Of a stretch of DNA of 64,000 nt, positions 38,801-52,808 are shown piece by piece (the first letter of the stretch is position 1; each line of letters starts with the position of its first letter). Source of the stretch: Eledone cirrhosa (taxonomy: Eukaryota); the NCBI GenBank assembly GCA_964016885.1, contig OZ024747.1, positions 71,982,001-72,046,000 on the forward strand, in the 5' to 3' direction. A program made the position numbers and the translations under genes. The notes beneath the pieces are model-generated. The model ran no database searches, was not told the origin of the DNA, and saw only the letters and a program-made list of their open reading frames with translations.

Positions 38801-41370
38801 TATAGATATATGTAAATTGAAAAATAAATTGACAATATCTTCTTCTTCGCCCACTTATTTCTGAGAAGGTCGTGGGAGCAGAGTCCTCCTCAAACACTCC
38901 TTCCAGCGAGTCTGTCAGAAGCAAACATCTCTAACTGATCCAGCTGGATCCCAAAGCGTGACCAGCCAAGCTCATGGATGTTATCCAACTATCTTGCTCA
39001 GGGTCTACTTCTGGGTCTCTTGCTGGTTGGTTTTGTCTGTAAAATCTGTCCAGCAATTCTTTCCTGAGATTTTCTAACCACATGTCTATAGTATCGGAGT
39101 TGTGATCTCTCAATTCGGAGAAGTAGCGACACCACCAGGAGTGACTCTCTGGTCCCTGAGCTATGCACTTTATCGAGTAACGTTACTCCAAAGAGCCTTC
39201 AGAGGAACCCCATTTCTGCTGTATTTATTTGCAATTGTATTCTTTCGGTCATTACCCAAGATTCATGACCCTCAGAAAGGGTTGGCAGGAATACCAGGAA
39301 GACAGCAAGTTTGGCTTTTACACCTACCTCCCTTCTGATTACTGAATGCTGAAGCTGGCGCATTACTGCATCAGCTTTTGCAATTCTTACACTTAATTCA
39401 GCCTCCTGCCTTCCATCACTCGTGAACACGGCCCTGAGATACTTGAACTTCTCCACCTGCTTCAGTGGAACTCCATTTACATGTATATAAATTTGAGTGA
39501 CTTCTGTCCATCTGTCCGTCACAAAATGTGTGTGTTTGTGTAAAAGGAAGGGTATACACACGTCTCTAACAGTGACACACACACATATATATATATGACA
39601 CACACACACGTACGTCTATAATTTTACAATGCCAACAAACTCACGCGCGCATACACACACACACTGTCCTATTACCACTTAAGAGCTTTGGCCCAGGCAA
39701 ACATCCCCTCAATTTTGAAAAAGTCTGGGTTGTCCAGAATTAATGGGAAAAGACCTGACAGTCTTACCCTGTACTCCTGGTCAAGAGGCAGATGCCTTCT
39801 CTGGGACATCACAGTTATTGACTCTTTTTCTTCTTCCCACATCCTGGATGCAGTAGTAAGGGCGACAGCTACAGCATCCGCAGCTAAACAGAACAAAATC
39901 CTAAAATACCGCGATCTGTCAGCTAACTACATTTTCCAGACTGTGGTGTTCAAGATGTTTGGGGAAGTTGGGCTACTGATAGCGAGGTTCTTATCTTCAT
40001 TGGCGGCTTGCCTAACCGAGGTAAGTGTTGATACTCGTGAGGGCGTTTGGTTGTTCCAGCACCTCAGCCACGCCTTCACCCGAGGTAACGTTGCAAGTGT
40101 GCTGGTTTGCCTAAAAAATTATTAGAGAGGTTTCCCAGTGCTACCCGCGATATTATCTTTTGCTCTGGTAGTAGCTCGTTTGTCCACCCCTTTCGCCTGC
40201 CTTTTGTTGTATGTGGTCCTAGATGTATGTATTACCTGTTTGTGTTGTATGTGGTCCTAGATTTGTGTATTACCTGCTTGTGTCTTGTATGTAGTCCTAG
40301 ATGTATGTATTACCTGCTTGTGTGTTGTATGTGGTCCTAGATGTAAGTATTACCTGCTTGTGTGTTGTATGTGGTCCTAGATGTAAGTATTACCGGCATG
40401 TGTGTTGTATAATAATAATAATAATAATGAAATTATTGTGTAAAGTGCTCAGGTGCACTACAACTCGTCAATATAGTACATAGAATAATACACAAATGCC
40501 AGGGAAGTACATGTTTGTATGTGTTAGCTGTAGTGTTGGCGGATCTCGGGAAGCATGGAGGCCTTAAAGGATGCAGTGTCTCGACAGCTAACAACTGATG
40601 CAGGTAGTTTGTTCCATGCTTGTGGTCCTAGATGTATGTATTACCTGCTTGTATGTTGTATGTGGTCCTAGATGTGAGTATTACCTTCTTGTATGTTGTA
40701 TCTGGTCCTAGATGTGAGTATTACCTTTTTGTATGTTGTATGTGGTCCTAGATATGTGCTTCCTGCTTCTGTGTTTTTTTCTCTTTCTTTTGTTTCCTTT
40801 CCCTTTCTTTTGTGTGTATTATATTTGTTTTTGTTTTCTTTCTGTAATCATTATATTATATTTTTTATACAACCGTGAATAAAATCTGTAACAAATGTGT
40901 GTTTGTGTGAATGTATGTCTGAGTATATTTTTGTAAGTGTGTGTGTTTGCATGATTAGTTATATACTCATACATATAAATGTATGTATATGCACATACAC
41001 ACATACATACAAGTTAGCACATTGAAAAACATCCTAATCTCTTCATTTCTCTGTCTCTCTCTCTGTATGTATATATGTATGTATATATATATATATATAT
41101 ATAGTAATAATAATAAATTTGAAGACTAAAATCCAAAGAGGGCTCGATAAGGATAAATATATATATTTATTTATTTATTATAAGAACAAATTAAAGGTTA
41201 AGCAAAGAATCGCTGCTTTCACTCTTATATATATAGAAAGATACAGAGCTTAGTGTTGTTTTGAATATTAGCTTTATTTACAAACAGCGGAAGTTCTATT
41301 TCACTATCTAATTATATATATATGTCACAGTCACTTTGTCTATATCTCTCTCTTCACACACACACACACA

Positions 41371-41430
<60 letters not shown>

Positions 41431-43552
41431 TGGTGGTGGCAATATACTGGAAGTATTGAAATTTGAATCTTTTAAAAGAAGTGAATCTTGAAAGAAGCAA
41501 TAAAATTATTTATGTTTAATCATGTGTTTCAAAATTTAGTAGATAAATTATGTAATATTCATTCATTATTTATTCAAAGTAATCCAACTTCTTTTATTAA
41601 CGGGATTAAAAGATATAAAACGGATGCTGTCCCACACTCCTCCCTTTATTATATTATAGATTTACACTGCTAGTATGACAGTAAAATGCACTTAGTAGTG
41701 AGCAGGATTGTAGGCAGATCTTTGCCAATGTTTAACATGATTTCTCTGGTCTAGACAGTGAAGGCTTAGTGGTTGGTGCAGTGTGTTCTTGAGCCAGGTG
41801 CCTCATTTCGCTTTGCTTTTCATTATAGGATTAGGGACACTATCATTAAAACACCCGAGAAACAGCCTCATAGGAGGCCAGCGGAACCTATATTTTTTTC
41901 AAGTAAAGAGATACGTTTCAATATTTATTGTATTTTACTTTTAGTAATCAATATGACAAAACTATCTGAACAACTGAATATAAAGCATCACTTCTAAGTT
42001 TGAAACAGATGCATCAAAGTTTTGTCATGTACAAAGATCTACCTATTACGAACAAACCAACATCTGACAACATGTAGCCATGTTATACTGCTGTATGGCA
42101 GATATATAAATTTCTGTTGAAATAAGTCAGAATGATAAGAAAGGCAAAGAACGTCTTGGTACTTGTACTTTTAATCTATTTTTCAGTATTTAAGTTGGGG
42201 GTTATATTATATATGTGATCACATTCATAAATTGGGCGTAATGTTTCAAATTATCTTCATATATTTCACAAAATATAGAATCAGTTTTGTTTTTATCTAA
42301 AAACATTCATGGTTATATTTTCTCAATAACATATGGATATTTACTGACCTCATTGCGTATCCACTGGAAACTTTTGGCTTTGTTATCCATAACTAAAAGT
42401 GGTTTTGACATATGTTCATTACCATTAAATAAGAAAGTGATATCGCCACGCTCCCAATTCATACCGTTAAAATCTACCAAAGTAGTATCCAGTCTGAAAA
42501 ACAAAACAAAAAATATTATACAAAACCATACCGTCAACATAGAACCAATTTTATAAACTCTAATATTTCAGTGGTACTAACTTAATCAGTGCAGTGATCA
42601 AAAGAAGGGTCAGGTAGTGAAAGATTTTAAGTTAGAATATAAAGTGTTTTTGTATTTGGTCTGGTAATTTTTAAACAAAGATATATATATATATATATAC
42701 ACAAAATTTCAGTTTTTTTTTCCTGTTTGAGGCTTCACCTCAAAACAAGTTTATGAAGAGCTCACAGCAAATCATTGACTTAAGGAGTGTTTCTTACATT
42801 CTTTTGCCTATATACAAACACATTTTTTAATACTGTTTCTGTACATGGGTGGTTAGCATGGTTTCTTTCTTAGAACAATTGTAGTACGATTCTTGAATGA
42901 CCATATGGTTAATAGTCTAACATCTTACCCTCATATCTATTATACATCATCACACATAAACTAAAATAAACAGCTATAGTGCAGAAAAAAAATAATGTTA
43001 AATCTACTGAAAACCTTTACTGTCTGCCATCAATCATAGCATTTTCAATTACTATTGTCCAGTTTACTATTCTAACAAGCAAGCTACACAATTGCTTCTG
43101 TTACAAATTGCAAAGCTCTTATCTTCTATCTAAAATCTATCTCACTTGCTTAAAGCACTTTCTGCCTGCACAAAGATTTCAAAAATACTTGACCCAAAAC
43201 TTATTTTGATGTCAGCAATAAAGACTCCTAAATATAACTTGGGTGTTACTCATGACTGGGTGGTTAAGAAGTGCACTTTGCAAATCTGTGACACCTTGCG
43301 CAAGTGTCTTCTACTGTAGACTCAGACTGACCAATAGTTTGTGAGTAAAATTTATTTAGTATTTTGGCTAAGTCATATCTTATTACTTCGGAGTTCCACC
43401 TGTATATTTATGGGATCATCAGATAAGACTCTTATGAGTGCACAGGTAAAACTCCAGAGTAACAAGAGTCAACACTAGCTATAATAAAGAATATTATATA
43501 TATATATCATCGTCATTACCACTGTTTAACATCCATTTTTCCACACAAGCAT

Positions 43553-43606
<54 letters not shown>

Positions 43607-46600
43607 TTGTAGTAAGGTTGCTTGGATGGATCCATAGGCAGTATGCCAGTTGAGGACTCTATGTTCCTTTCTGCAGAAAGATTTGCTTCGAAATCACTAG
43701 ATGTATCTGAGGAACTTGCGAATCCAGAGTCAGGTTCGATCCACAAACAGATCGCACCTCGAGCCGGAGAAACAATTGTAATACATAATAAATTGTGTTC
43801 CGATGCATCACTGATTCTTCGTTTTCCATATATATATTATATATATATAATTCCCTGATGTATATCAATCAGTAAATACAATGAACCAAAGATTAACCTT
43901 TTGAAAACCTGCAACTAACAACACTGTCTTTCACCAAATGTGATACAAAAAAAAAAAAAAAAATATATACAAATAACTGTGGTGTTGATAGTGATTGTTG
44001 TTGTTCATGATGCTGTTTATATTTATAATGACAATAGCATCGAACACAATTTTTGGAGTCCCGGATTAGTATGCCATATATTCTAGGATTACTGGTTATA
44101 TGAACAATCCTATAAACTGGGTAATTTGCATTTTGATAAATAAATGATTTGCATAAAAAAACCTTATAGTTTCTGTTGATTACTGACATGTGAAGTGATT
44201 AGAGATAAGAATGATATTTTAATAATTTATTTCTAGGATATAAATACATAAATCTTCAGTATATATGCAGAAATGACATACAAGTAACTTTGGAGAAATA
44301 ACTATTTACAGAAACAAATGTAGGGTTATAAACTACAATCTTGTGACTGAAAAGCAAACTTATTGTAGCCATATGACTAAAATAGGAAACATATAGGATA
44401 TGTGTGTAAATTTTCAAAAGTTACATATATATAATATATAAGGTAGATCAAATGAGTTGATAATACAAATATTTAAAGCTCAAATGTCATTTTATTATCC
44501 ACAGTAAGATTTGCAAAAGACAGTTCAGAGTTTAATCTAATTTGTAAATTTCCAGTCATTTGATGATTTCCATACAGAGGAATTAAATGCTACCTCCTTC
44601 TGTATTTGAATAACATATGTGTAAATCAATTAAATAATGTATTAAACCTTGGTTACTAGGTCATATTTGATAGACTATATATATATATTTTTAACCGTTA
44701 GTCAATCAATGATAAACATTGATTGCTAGATAAATTAACTATGGAGATATAAAAGATACAGAAGTGAAAACCAATCCAAACCAAACAGTGAGTGTGTTTT
44801 ATTATTATTTATGGCAATATTATAAAAATATGACCCTCCCCAAATATAACAATATTTGTTTCAACACATGATTTCATATCAAAAACCTTGCAAAATAAAT
44901 ATATATAAGTTAGTTCCAAAACAGTTAATTAACCATTATCGAGGGCATGTGTTTCACCTTGCAAATCTTCACACTCAAGTTGAGTGTGAAACGTCCTCAA
45001 TAATGGTTAATTAATTGTTGTGGAACTAACATGGACTGAGTGCTCTACTACTATGGATATAACCTCCCAGTGTTCTACCAATATATATATATATATATAT
45101 ATTGCATCCTTTAAGACACTCATGCTTCCCGAAATACGCCAAAACTACACCTGATGTACCCCTTCCATACACATGCACACATGTGTGTATCATGACTCGT
45201 GCACTGTTCATTTTACTGATGTTTGTGCATTGCCCTATGTACTGTACATGCACTTTTTTGATGAGTTGTGGTGCACCTGGGCACTGTACACAATATTTCA
45301 TTATTGTTATTGTTATTATATCATGACTCATACACTTCATTTTCCTGACATTTGTACATTATTCTATGTACTATACATGCACCTTTGATGAGTTGTAGTG
45401 CACCTGAGCACTGTACACAATAATTTCATTATTATTATTATTATATATACACATACACACACAGTGTATTATAATGGTTGTTGAAAAGTGATGTTAATAG
45501 AATATACATTTACTGGATATAAAACGATGAAGATTAATAAGTTATGGAGAATGTATGTGAAAGAAAGAAAATAATTCAGCATAATATATGTATAAGTAAT
45601 AGTGCAAAACTACCATTGCTCCTATTTCACTACCAGTTAACAAAATGTTTTTATCAGAAGCTTTTGCATGGTAAAAGGAATATTTTATATGAAAAGCAGC
45701 TGTTCTCTACATTCATCTTTCCAGAAACCTGACAAGATTCTAGTTTCCACAAGAACTGAACAAAAAAATTTTGTAACTATTTTAATTCATAGTATCCTGT
45801 ACTGCACGAAACTGCATTAACACATTCTTGAAAAGTAGAAAACAACAACACTACAACAGTTTCACATTGAAAGTTAAAGTCTTTACTAATACTGCAAGTT
45901 TTAACAATGATCCGTTCACTAGTAAAGATACTACAGATATTTGGATTAAGAAACCTATTTTTAGATATTTTCTTCTAAATCATTACATGATGTTAAGTGT
46001 TAAATGAGTTACTTATAGACTATTAGTCAGCAGTGCCAAAGATATTAATGCTTCTAGTATATTCCATATAATTCCTCAACAGTCTATCCGAAATGAGGGT
46101 ATTATATGTTTCCCACTGCTGTCATAGTGCACAAAAATTTTAAAATGATAGGAACATTTGAAATTTTTTACTACTACTACTGCTGCCACCATCACTACTT
46201 CTACTAAAGAAAAAGAAGAGGATTGAGATGCTGATGCTGTGTGTGGTGATAATGTTTTTGTTATTGTTTTGATAAATTGCTGGGATGATCCTATGAAAAT
46301 AATCAAGAATTTAGAATGATTTAGTAATATAATTTTTCCATTAAGTTGGTGTTTGCAGCATAGCTAAACAAAATCTAAAAAGTCTAAAGTCTGTCTCAAG
46401 CCTGGAAGCTCATCAGGCCAGTGCTTAACCTGGTTTCCATGGCGTGAAGTGACTGGGAGTACAACACTCCTCTCTGGACAGGACACCGTAGGGTTAAACC
46501 ACCAGTACCAAAATTATTTGAAACTTATATGCAGTATTTTACATTAGATATATGACAATGAAATGGTTCACATGTTTTAAATAAAGTATCAAGGAAAATA

Positions 46601-49600
46601 TTCCATTTAAGTTAGTTTTCATAACTGGAGTATTTGTAATTTTGAGGGACATCCATCTAAATTTTTGTAAAGGACATGAGATCGTGGTGTTATCAATGTT
46701 TTGTTACAAGGTTTTGTTTTACATATTAGTCAACAATATATTTTCATATATGCATTTCAATACTTTTATCTAGAAACTTAAATGTATTCATTTCATTATT
46801 AGATATTGTAAGTATGGCATCGTTTGTTCTTTTTAAAGACAACAAATAAGGAAACAGTTGCATATATTCAATCAGAAATAGTGAAACATGCAAACTGCAT
46901 TGATCATCTAACATATGTAATTACTACCAAGTCAAATCCTATTTAAATTAGATCATTATTCTTCTCAACTCTATTTACTACCACTAAATAACCTGTTTAC
47001 ATCTGTAAAAAAATAAAATTAAAATTCCAATTTATCACATTTAACATTTTTATATGAAAGGTGCATGGCCTAACCACTCTCAATTCAGAGAAGTAGCAGC
47101 TCTACCTGGAATGACTTTCTGATCTCTGAGCTATGCATTCCATCGAGTAACATTACTCCAAAGACCCTTTGGAGTAATCCCATTTCAGCCACTTGTATTC
47201 TTTCGGTCACTTCCCAAGATTCATGACCATAGGGTTGGCACGAATACTGAATTGAAGATAGCACGTTTGGCTTTTACACCTACCTTACTACTTCTGATAA
47301 CTGAATGCTGAAGCTGGTGCACCAGCTCCTGCAATTCTTGCACTTAATTCAGCCTTCCATAACAAGAAAGCTATTTAACTAAATCTCTCAAAATTCTTAT
47401 TTTCAAAATTATTTGAAATCAAAGGCAGCGTCTTTTATAAGAAAGATAGTAGTGAAATGGTTAAATTAGTTTGATTCTTTCTGAAAACAAGAAAATGGTA
47501 AAATGAAATAATTAACTATATATTTACCTTATATGGGCACCCTTTTTACGGATCTGACAAATATCTGATGGTAGAATTCTTGATACCAATGGAACTGAAA
47601 ATAAAATATACATATAGAGGAACTTGATATTAGCAAGAATTTATCATTTTTTTAATTCCTTGTTCCAACAATAGTGCTATACCACCGAGATCAACAAGGC
47701 ATAAACTAATATAACCCTTTAGTATTCAAACTAGCTGTATCTGGCCAGAATTCTCTCACCTCTTTCTGTTCAAATCGGCTGTAACCGGCCAGTCATACTG
47801 ATGTTAAGGTATTGTTCTCAAAATAAATAATATCAACATCTCATAGATTTGATATTATGCAAGATAAAGCTGTTACCGCGATTATACAATAGTATATATA
47901 ATGTAAATGCTAAAAGGTTAAGTACCTTACCAATAGTCATTCTATGGAGACATACATAAATAAGACATGTTCCCATATGTCAGCGCATTTGCTTACTTAC
48001 ACATTTATGTAGCTTCAATTTATTATATAGTATATTTATTTATATCCTGCATAAACAAAAGTCTAGCAGCTCAGCAGTTAAACATGCAAGGACTTGTACC
48101 TTACTATAAAAAAAGGAAATGAAGGGCATCTGGCTACAAAGTTTTGCTTCAAAGTGTCATAATTTTACTTTTAACTGTCTTCTTAATCTTCACTTCAAAT
48201 TATGCCAGACTGATTGCATCATAGAAAGTGTCACTTTCCTGTTGCAGAATTTCTTTACAAAAGGATGTAAAACAGTTGACATCAATTCCTTCCACTTCCA
48301 AGAAGTGTCACTTCTCTTTATCAGGAATAAAAACACCCCAAAAAGACATGTAAGAGGTCAGTATCCTCAGCATAAGATAGATTGGCTATGCTTTGTATCA
48401 TACAAATGATGTCTTCTACATCCTTCTCATCATGATCAATCCAACTCTAGTCTAGATCCATTCTTATTCTTGCCTTATCTTCCTTTCTTAGCACTCATTT
48501 GTTATGGTTGAACATTTATATTGAGTTAGAAGCCATATGGCACCATGATTTGTTGTGAAGCATATAAATCCTCTTTTAGTTTTAGCATCTCTGTGGCAGG
48601 TTTGTTTGATACACGCCAAACTGCAAATTCAGCACTAGTCAAAAATGTATATGCTGAAGAATGTTTGATAGGTAAATCATACATTTCCAAATATGCTGAA
48701 AGTTACAAAAGTTATGTAACTTGTGCAGAGTAAAACTAGAACTTTCAATTGACATCTGTAAGTCTACATCTATTGAGTCTTGGTACACACAAAGATGGAT
48801 TATAAGTCTTCCTTGTAACATCTTGTATCAATGGATAAGCTGAGCTTTAGCATACATTGCCTGATCAAACATGAAAACATGGATAAGTAACTAACAAAAT
48901 CAGCTCAGTGTGGCTTGAATGGTGTCCATCTTTGTTGGACTTGCATTCAGAACTGGCAAGTATGCTACAACCTACCTACTTAGATATGTCATGGTGAGGT
49001 GTGAGGTGAAACCTGTCCACATTGGGATGTCACTAACGTTTGATCTGTGTAGGTAGCATGTGACATCAAAATCTAATCCATCCGCCTCTGCAACTTCATA
49101 CATATTCTTACACTTTCTATCATACCAATGCTAGATAGACCTATTTTCTGACCACATTTCAACAATGGTGTTATTTCAGTTGGTGATGAATGTAATGATT
49201 TTGCCATTGTTCTTTTCATTGTAAATATAAGTACAATGGGTGGTGCTGTGCTGGTTGAATATCAATGCCCATTAGTGCTGTGTGTTAACTACTTCTCACA
49301 ATATAGACATGAAATGCTTCCACTAAACTTGTGAAAGTAAAGCATTATCACTTAGGTTGATATGATGTATGTTCAGTGCTGTCTGTATTTTACTCTAAAA
49401 CTGTTCTATGTACAATAATTACTATGCTTCAGTCTATTTAAGATTAAGATTCTCACTATTTGTGCTGCACCAGAGAAGTGGAAAACTGCTACTATGATTG
49501 CAAAGTGTTTTGGCATGGGTTTCTTACTCTCAAAGAAGAAGAAAGAAAAAAATTATATTAATACTGATGGCAGTAATGGTCCTGACAGTGATAGTTAAAG

Positions 49601-52600
49601 TGTTAGAAATAATAGTGGTTAATGAAGGTTACTAAAAACTTACATCAATATTTATATAAAAACTCATACAAAGATGAGCTGAAAAACAAAATGTATGTCC
49701 ATTTGCATATATACAAGGGTTGGTTGAAAAGTTCATAGGCTGACCAAGATACTCTCATGGAATGAGCAAATGAGGTTTATTTTTCAACATAGTCCCTAGA
49801 AAGGAACAAATGTAGTTATTAATAAGAAGAGTTGAAATTAATGCATGCAAGATTTCACAGTGCTAGCATTACTCTTTCATAGTTAGCCTATGAACTTTTC
49901 AGCTGATCCTCATATGTCTGTATTTGTGTGTGTATATAAGGTGGTTGTTTTTTTAACAGCAATGAACAATTACAAATGGTTAGTTGTTGTTGTTGACATT
50001 GTTGACACAGCAGATTCAGTGACAATTTCACTCACGTCGTAATCGAATTTGTATCCCATTCTTGCTAAGTTAACAAATAATTCCCAGCTGTTATTTTGAA
50101 ATACAATAAAATTGATTTTCACCATAGAACCATAATTTACAAAAATAGGACGAGCCTTACACAAAAACTTTGCCCATATAAGGCAACTGTGATTGGTCAA
50201 CTACTTTATTGGGTCATCATCATATGATGATGTTGATTGGCTGAATACATAACCTCAACATACAAGTCCACAAAATTTGTAAACAGAAATAATAGAAAAT
50301 CTTTATTATTTACAGATCAACTCTTTAGATACCAAACCACTTAAAACTGCTCCAGGTTCTACAATACAAAACTATATTTTAAAGTGCTTATATTCATCTG
50401 AAAAGCTTCCATAATTTTATGTAAGAACTTTTATGTTAAAAAAAAACAGCTAAATAACGAGAAAGTTATATTTCTAAATTTTTCAAAATTCTTATTATTT
50501 AAAAAAGTCATTAAACTTTTTATGGAAATAATCAGTTTTGAGAAATAAATAATATTTTATGAAGGATCATATATGAATTAAGTTGTTCTAAGACAACAGC
50601 TTAACACTTTTGTGTTTATATTACTAATAATATATATAAAGAATTTTGAGAGATTTACTAAAATTATTAATTATTTCATTACCAAAATAGTAAATTAACA
50701 TATGGTTTTTAAAGATTTGTTGGAAGATTTGAATTAAAATAGGAACCTTTTAAAATGAGCAGTTTTGTTTCATAAGATTAAAGCCAGTTTTGGCTTGATT
50801 GATATCAAAGGGGTTAAAATTGGATGTATAGGGTCCTATAGCAGGATCATTAATTTTGGTACAGTTAAGAACCTATAATGTTATCTCAGACAGTCTGGCA
50901 ATTAATGTTTAATTAATCAATTCTTTAAAAGAAAATATTAAATATTTTCATGAAAAAAAAAAAAAAGAAAAAAAAAAGAGAAGCATTTGTGATTTGTTTA
51001 GGTTAACCATAACTGCTGAGAATAGAGTAGTTAGAATTCAGAGGATTGCAGCTAGGAGTCTCGCACTCCACAAAAAAACATACATACATTATATATATTG
51101 GAATGTATGTTTAAAACACTATAGTATTTAAAACATTAACCGAATGAGCATTCAGTACTGGTGGGCAGAATGTAGAAAATGACTTTCTAATTACACATAC
51201 ACATATATGTCAACAAAGAAAAACAACACAGACTAACAATACAATACAATGCTGGTATATTAGTTTAATACTTGATATAATTAGAAAATAGTTTTAATAT
51301 TTAATATATTCTATAAAATGCACACAATGCAGATCCTGGGTACACAAGAGATGTAGCGGGATAGCAGGCAAACTAACAGGTAGGGAGAAATATGTATGCA
51401 GATGTACAGGGAAATTAGACAGTAGAAGTCACATTGATAGACACATTTTTCAGATGCAGGAGGGCGCTATAGAAGTGGTGGATAGCTTCCGGTACCTAGA
51501 TCAGATTAGCATGGGAGGAGGGTGTTCTGAGGCCATAGTATCTAGAATAAGGACGGATTGGAAGAAGTTTAGGGAGCTGCTTCCTCTGTTGACGAAGAAG
51601 GGTTTCTCTCTGCGTACGAAAGGCCAGTTGTATGATGCCTGTGTGAGGAGCGCGATGCTGCATGGTTGTGAGACATGGGCAGCAACTGCAGAGGATATGC
51701 GCCGGTTGGAGAGAAATGAGGCAAGCATCCTCCGTTGGATGTGCAGTGTAAATGTGCGTGAACGACCCAGCATAAATGTGTTGAGAGAGAAACTGTGTCT
51801 GAGAGGGATAGAATGTAGTGTACGGGAGAGGAGACTGAGGTGGTATGGACATGTGATGCGCATGGAGGATGACCGATGGGTGAAGAAGTGCCAGGAATGA
51901 AGGAAGACGTGGTAGAGGTAGACCACGAAAAACATGGGCGGAGGTGGTGAGAACAGACCTCAGATCATTGAAGCTCACTGTGGAGATGACGAGTGGAGAG
52001 ATGCTGTGCTGAATAAGACCCGTCCCACCCTTGCAAGCAGGGAAAAGCGGACGTAAAATGATGATGATGATGATGATTTTAGATTCTAGTCCTTCATTGA
52101 AAGATAGAAAGAGAGAGAAGAAAAACAAAGACAGCCAAGAGTAAAAAAGAAAACTTGGAAAAGAGCAGATAGGAAAGAAAGCAGATGGTATCGTTAGTCA
52201 GCCATATTGGAAACAAAAAATATATAGATACACACTCACACACACACATGCAAAAAAAATAAGAAGACTACAAAAATAGCAACTATTGAAAAAAAAAAAA
52301 GTTAGGACTTACCCCAACTATGAAAATCCCAATGTAATTCCAAATAAAAGTCTCCTAGATTTCGCAATGCCTGTATATGTAGGGACCATTTTTCTTCTAA
52401 TGACTGCCGAGATTGTTGTTTGAGTGTATGAAGCAGTGTTTTAACTGGAATAGCATCAAGTTTAAAATTATGAAAGTCTACATATAATATATTGTTCATA
52501 TACACACACATATATCTATACATATTTATATACACACACACATACATATATATATAGAAACATACACACATATATATATATACATACACACATCCATCCA

Positions 52601-52666
52601 CATATATATATATATATCATCATCACCGTTTAATGTCCATTTTTCCAGAAATATGAGTAAATGGTG

Positions 52667-52739
<73 letters not shown>

Positions 52740-52773
52740 GATGATGATGACACCATTTACTCATATTTCTGGA

Positions 52774-52808
<35 letters not shown>

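Larger units (their letters stand above)
39675..40885 (+). mobile_element. CRE-like non-LTR retrotransposon 3' end (restriction-like endonuclease) with tandem-repeat 3' UTR
   Basis: ORF 39688..40125: [44 protein letters not shown]...K..KY..L...RGNVASVL; AATAAA near 40878. Confidence 0.8.
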
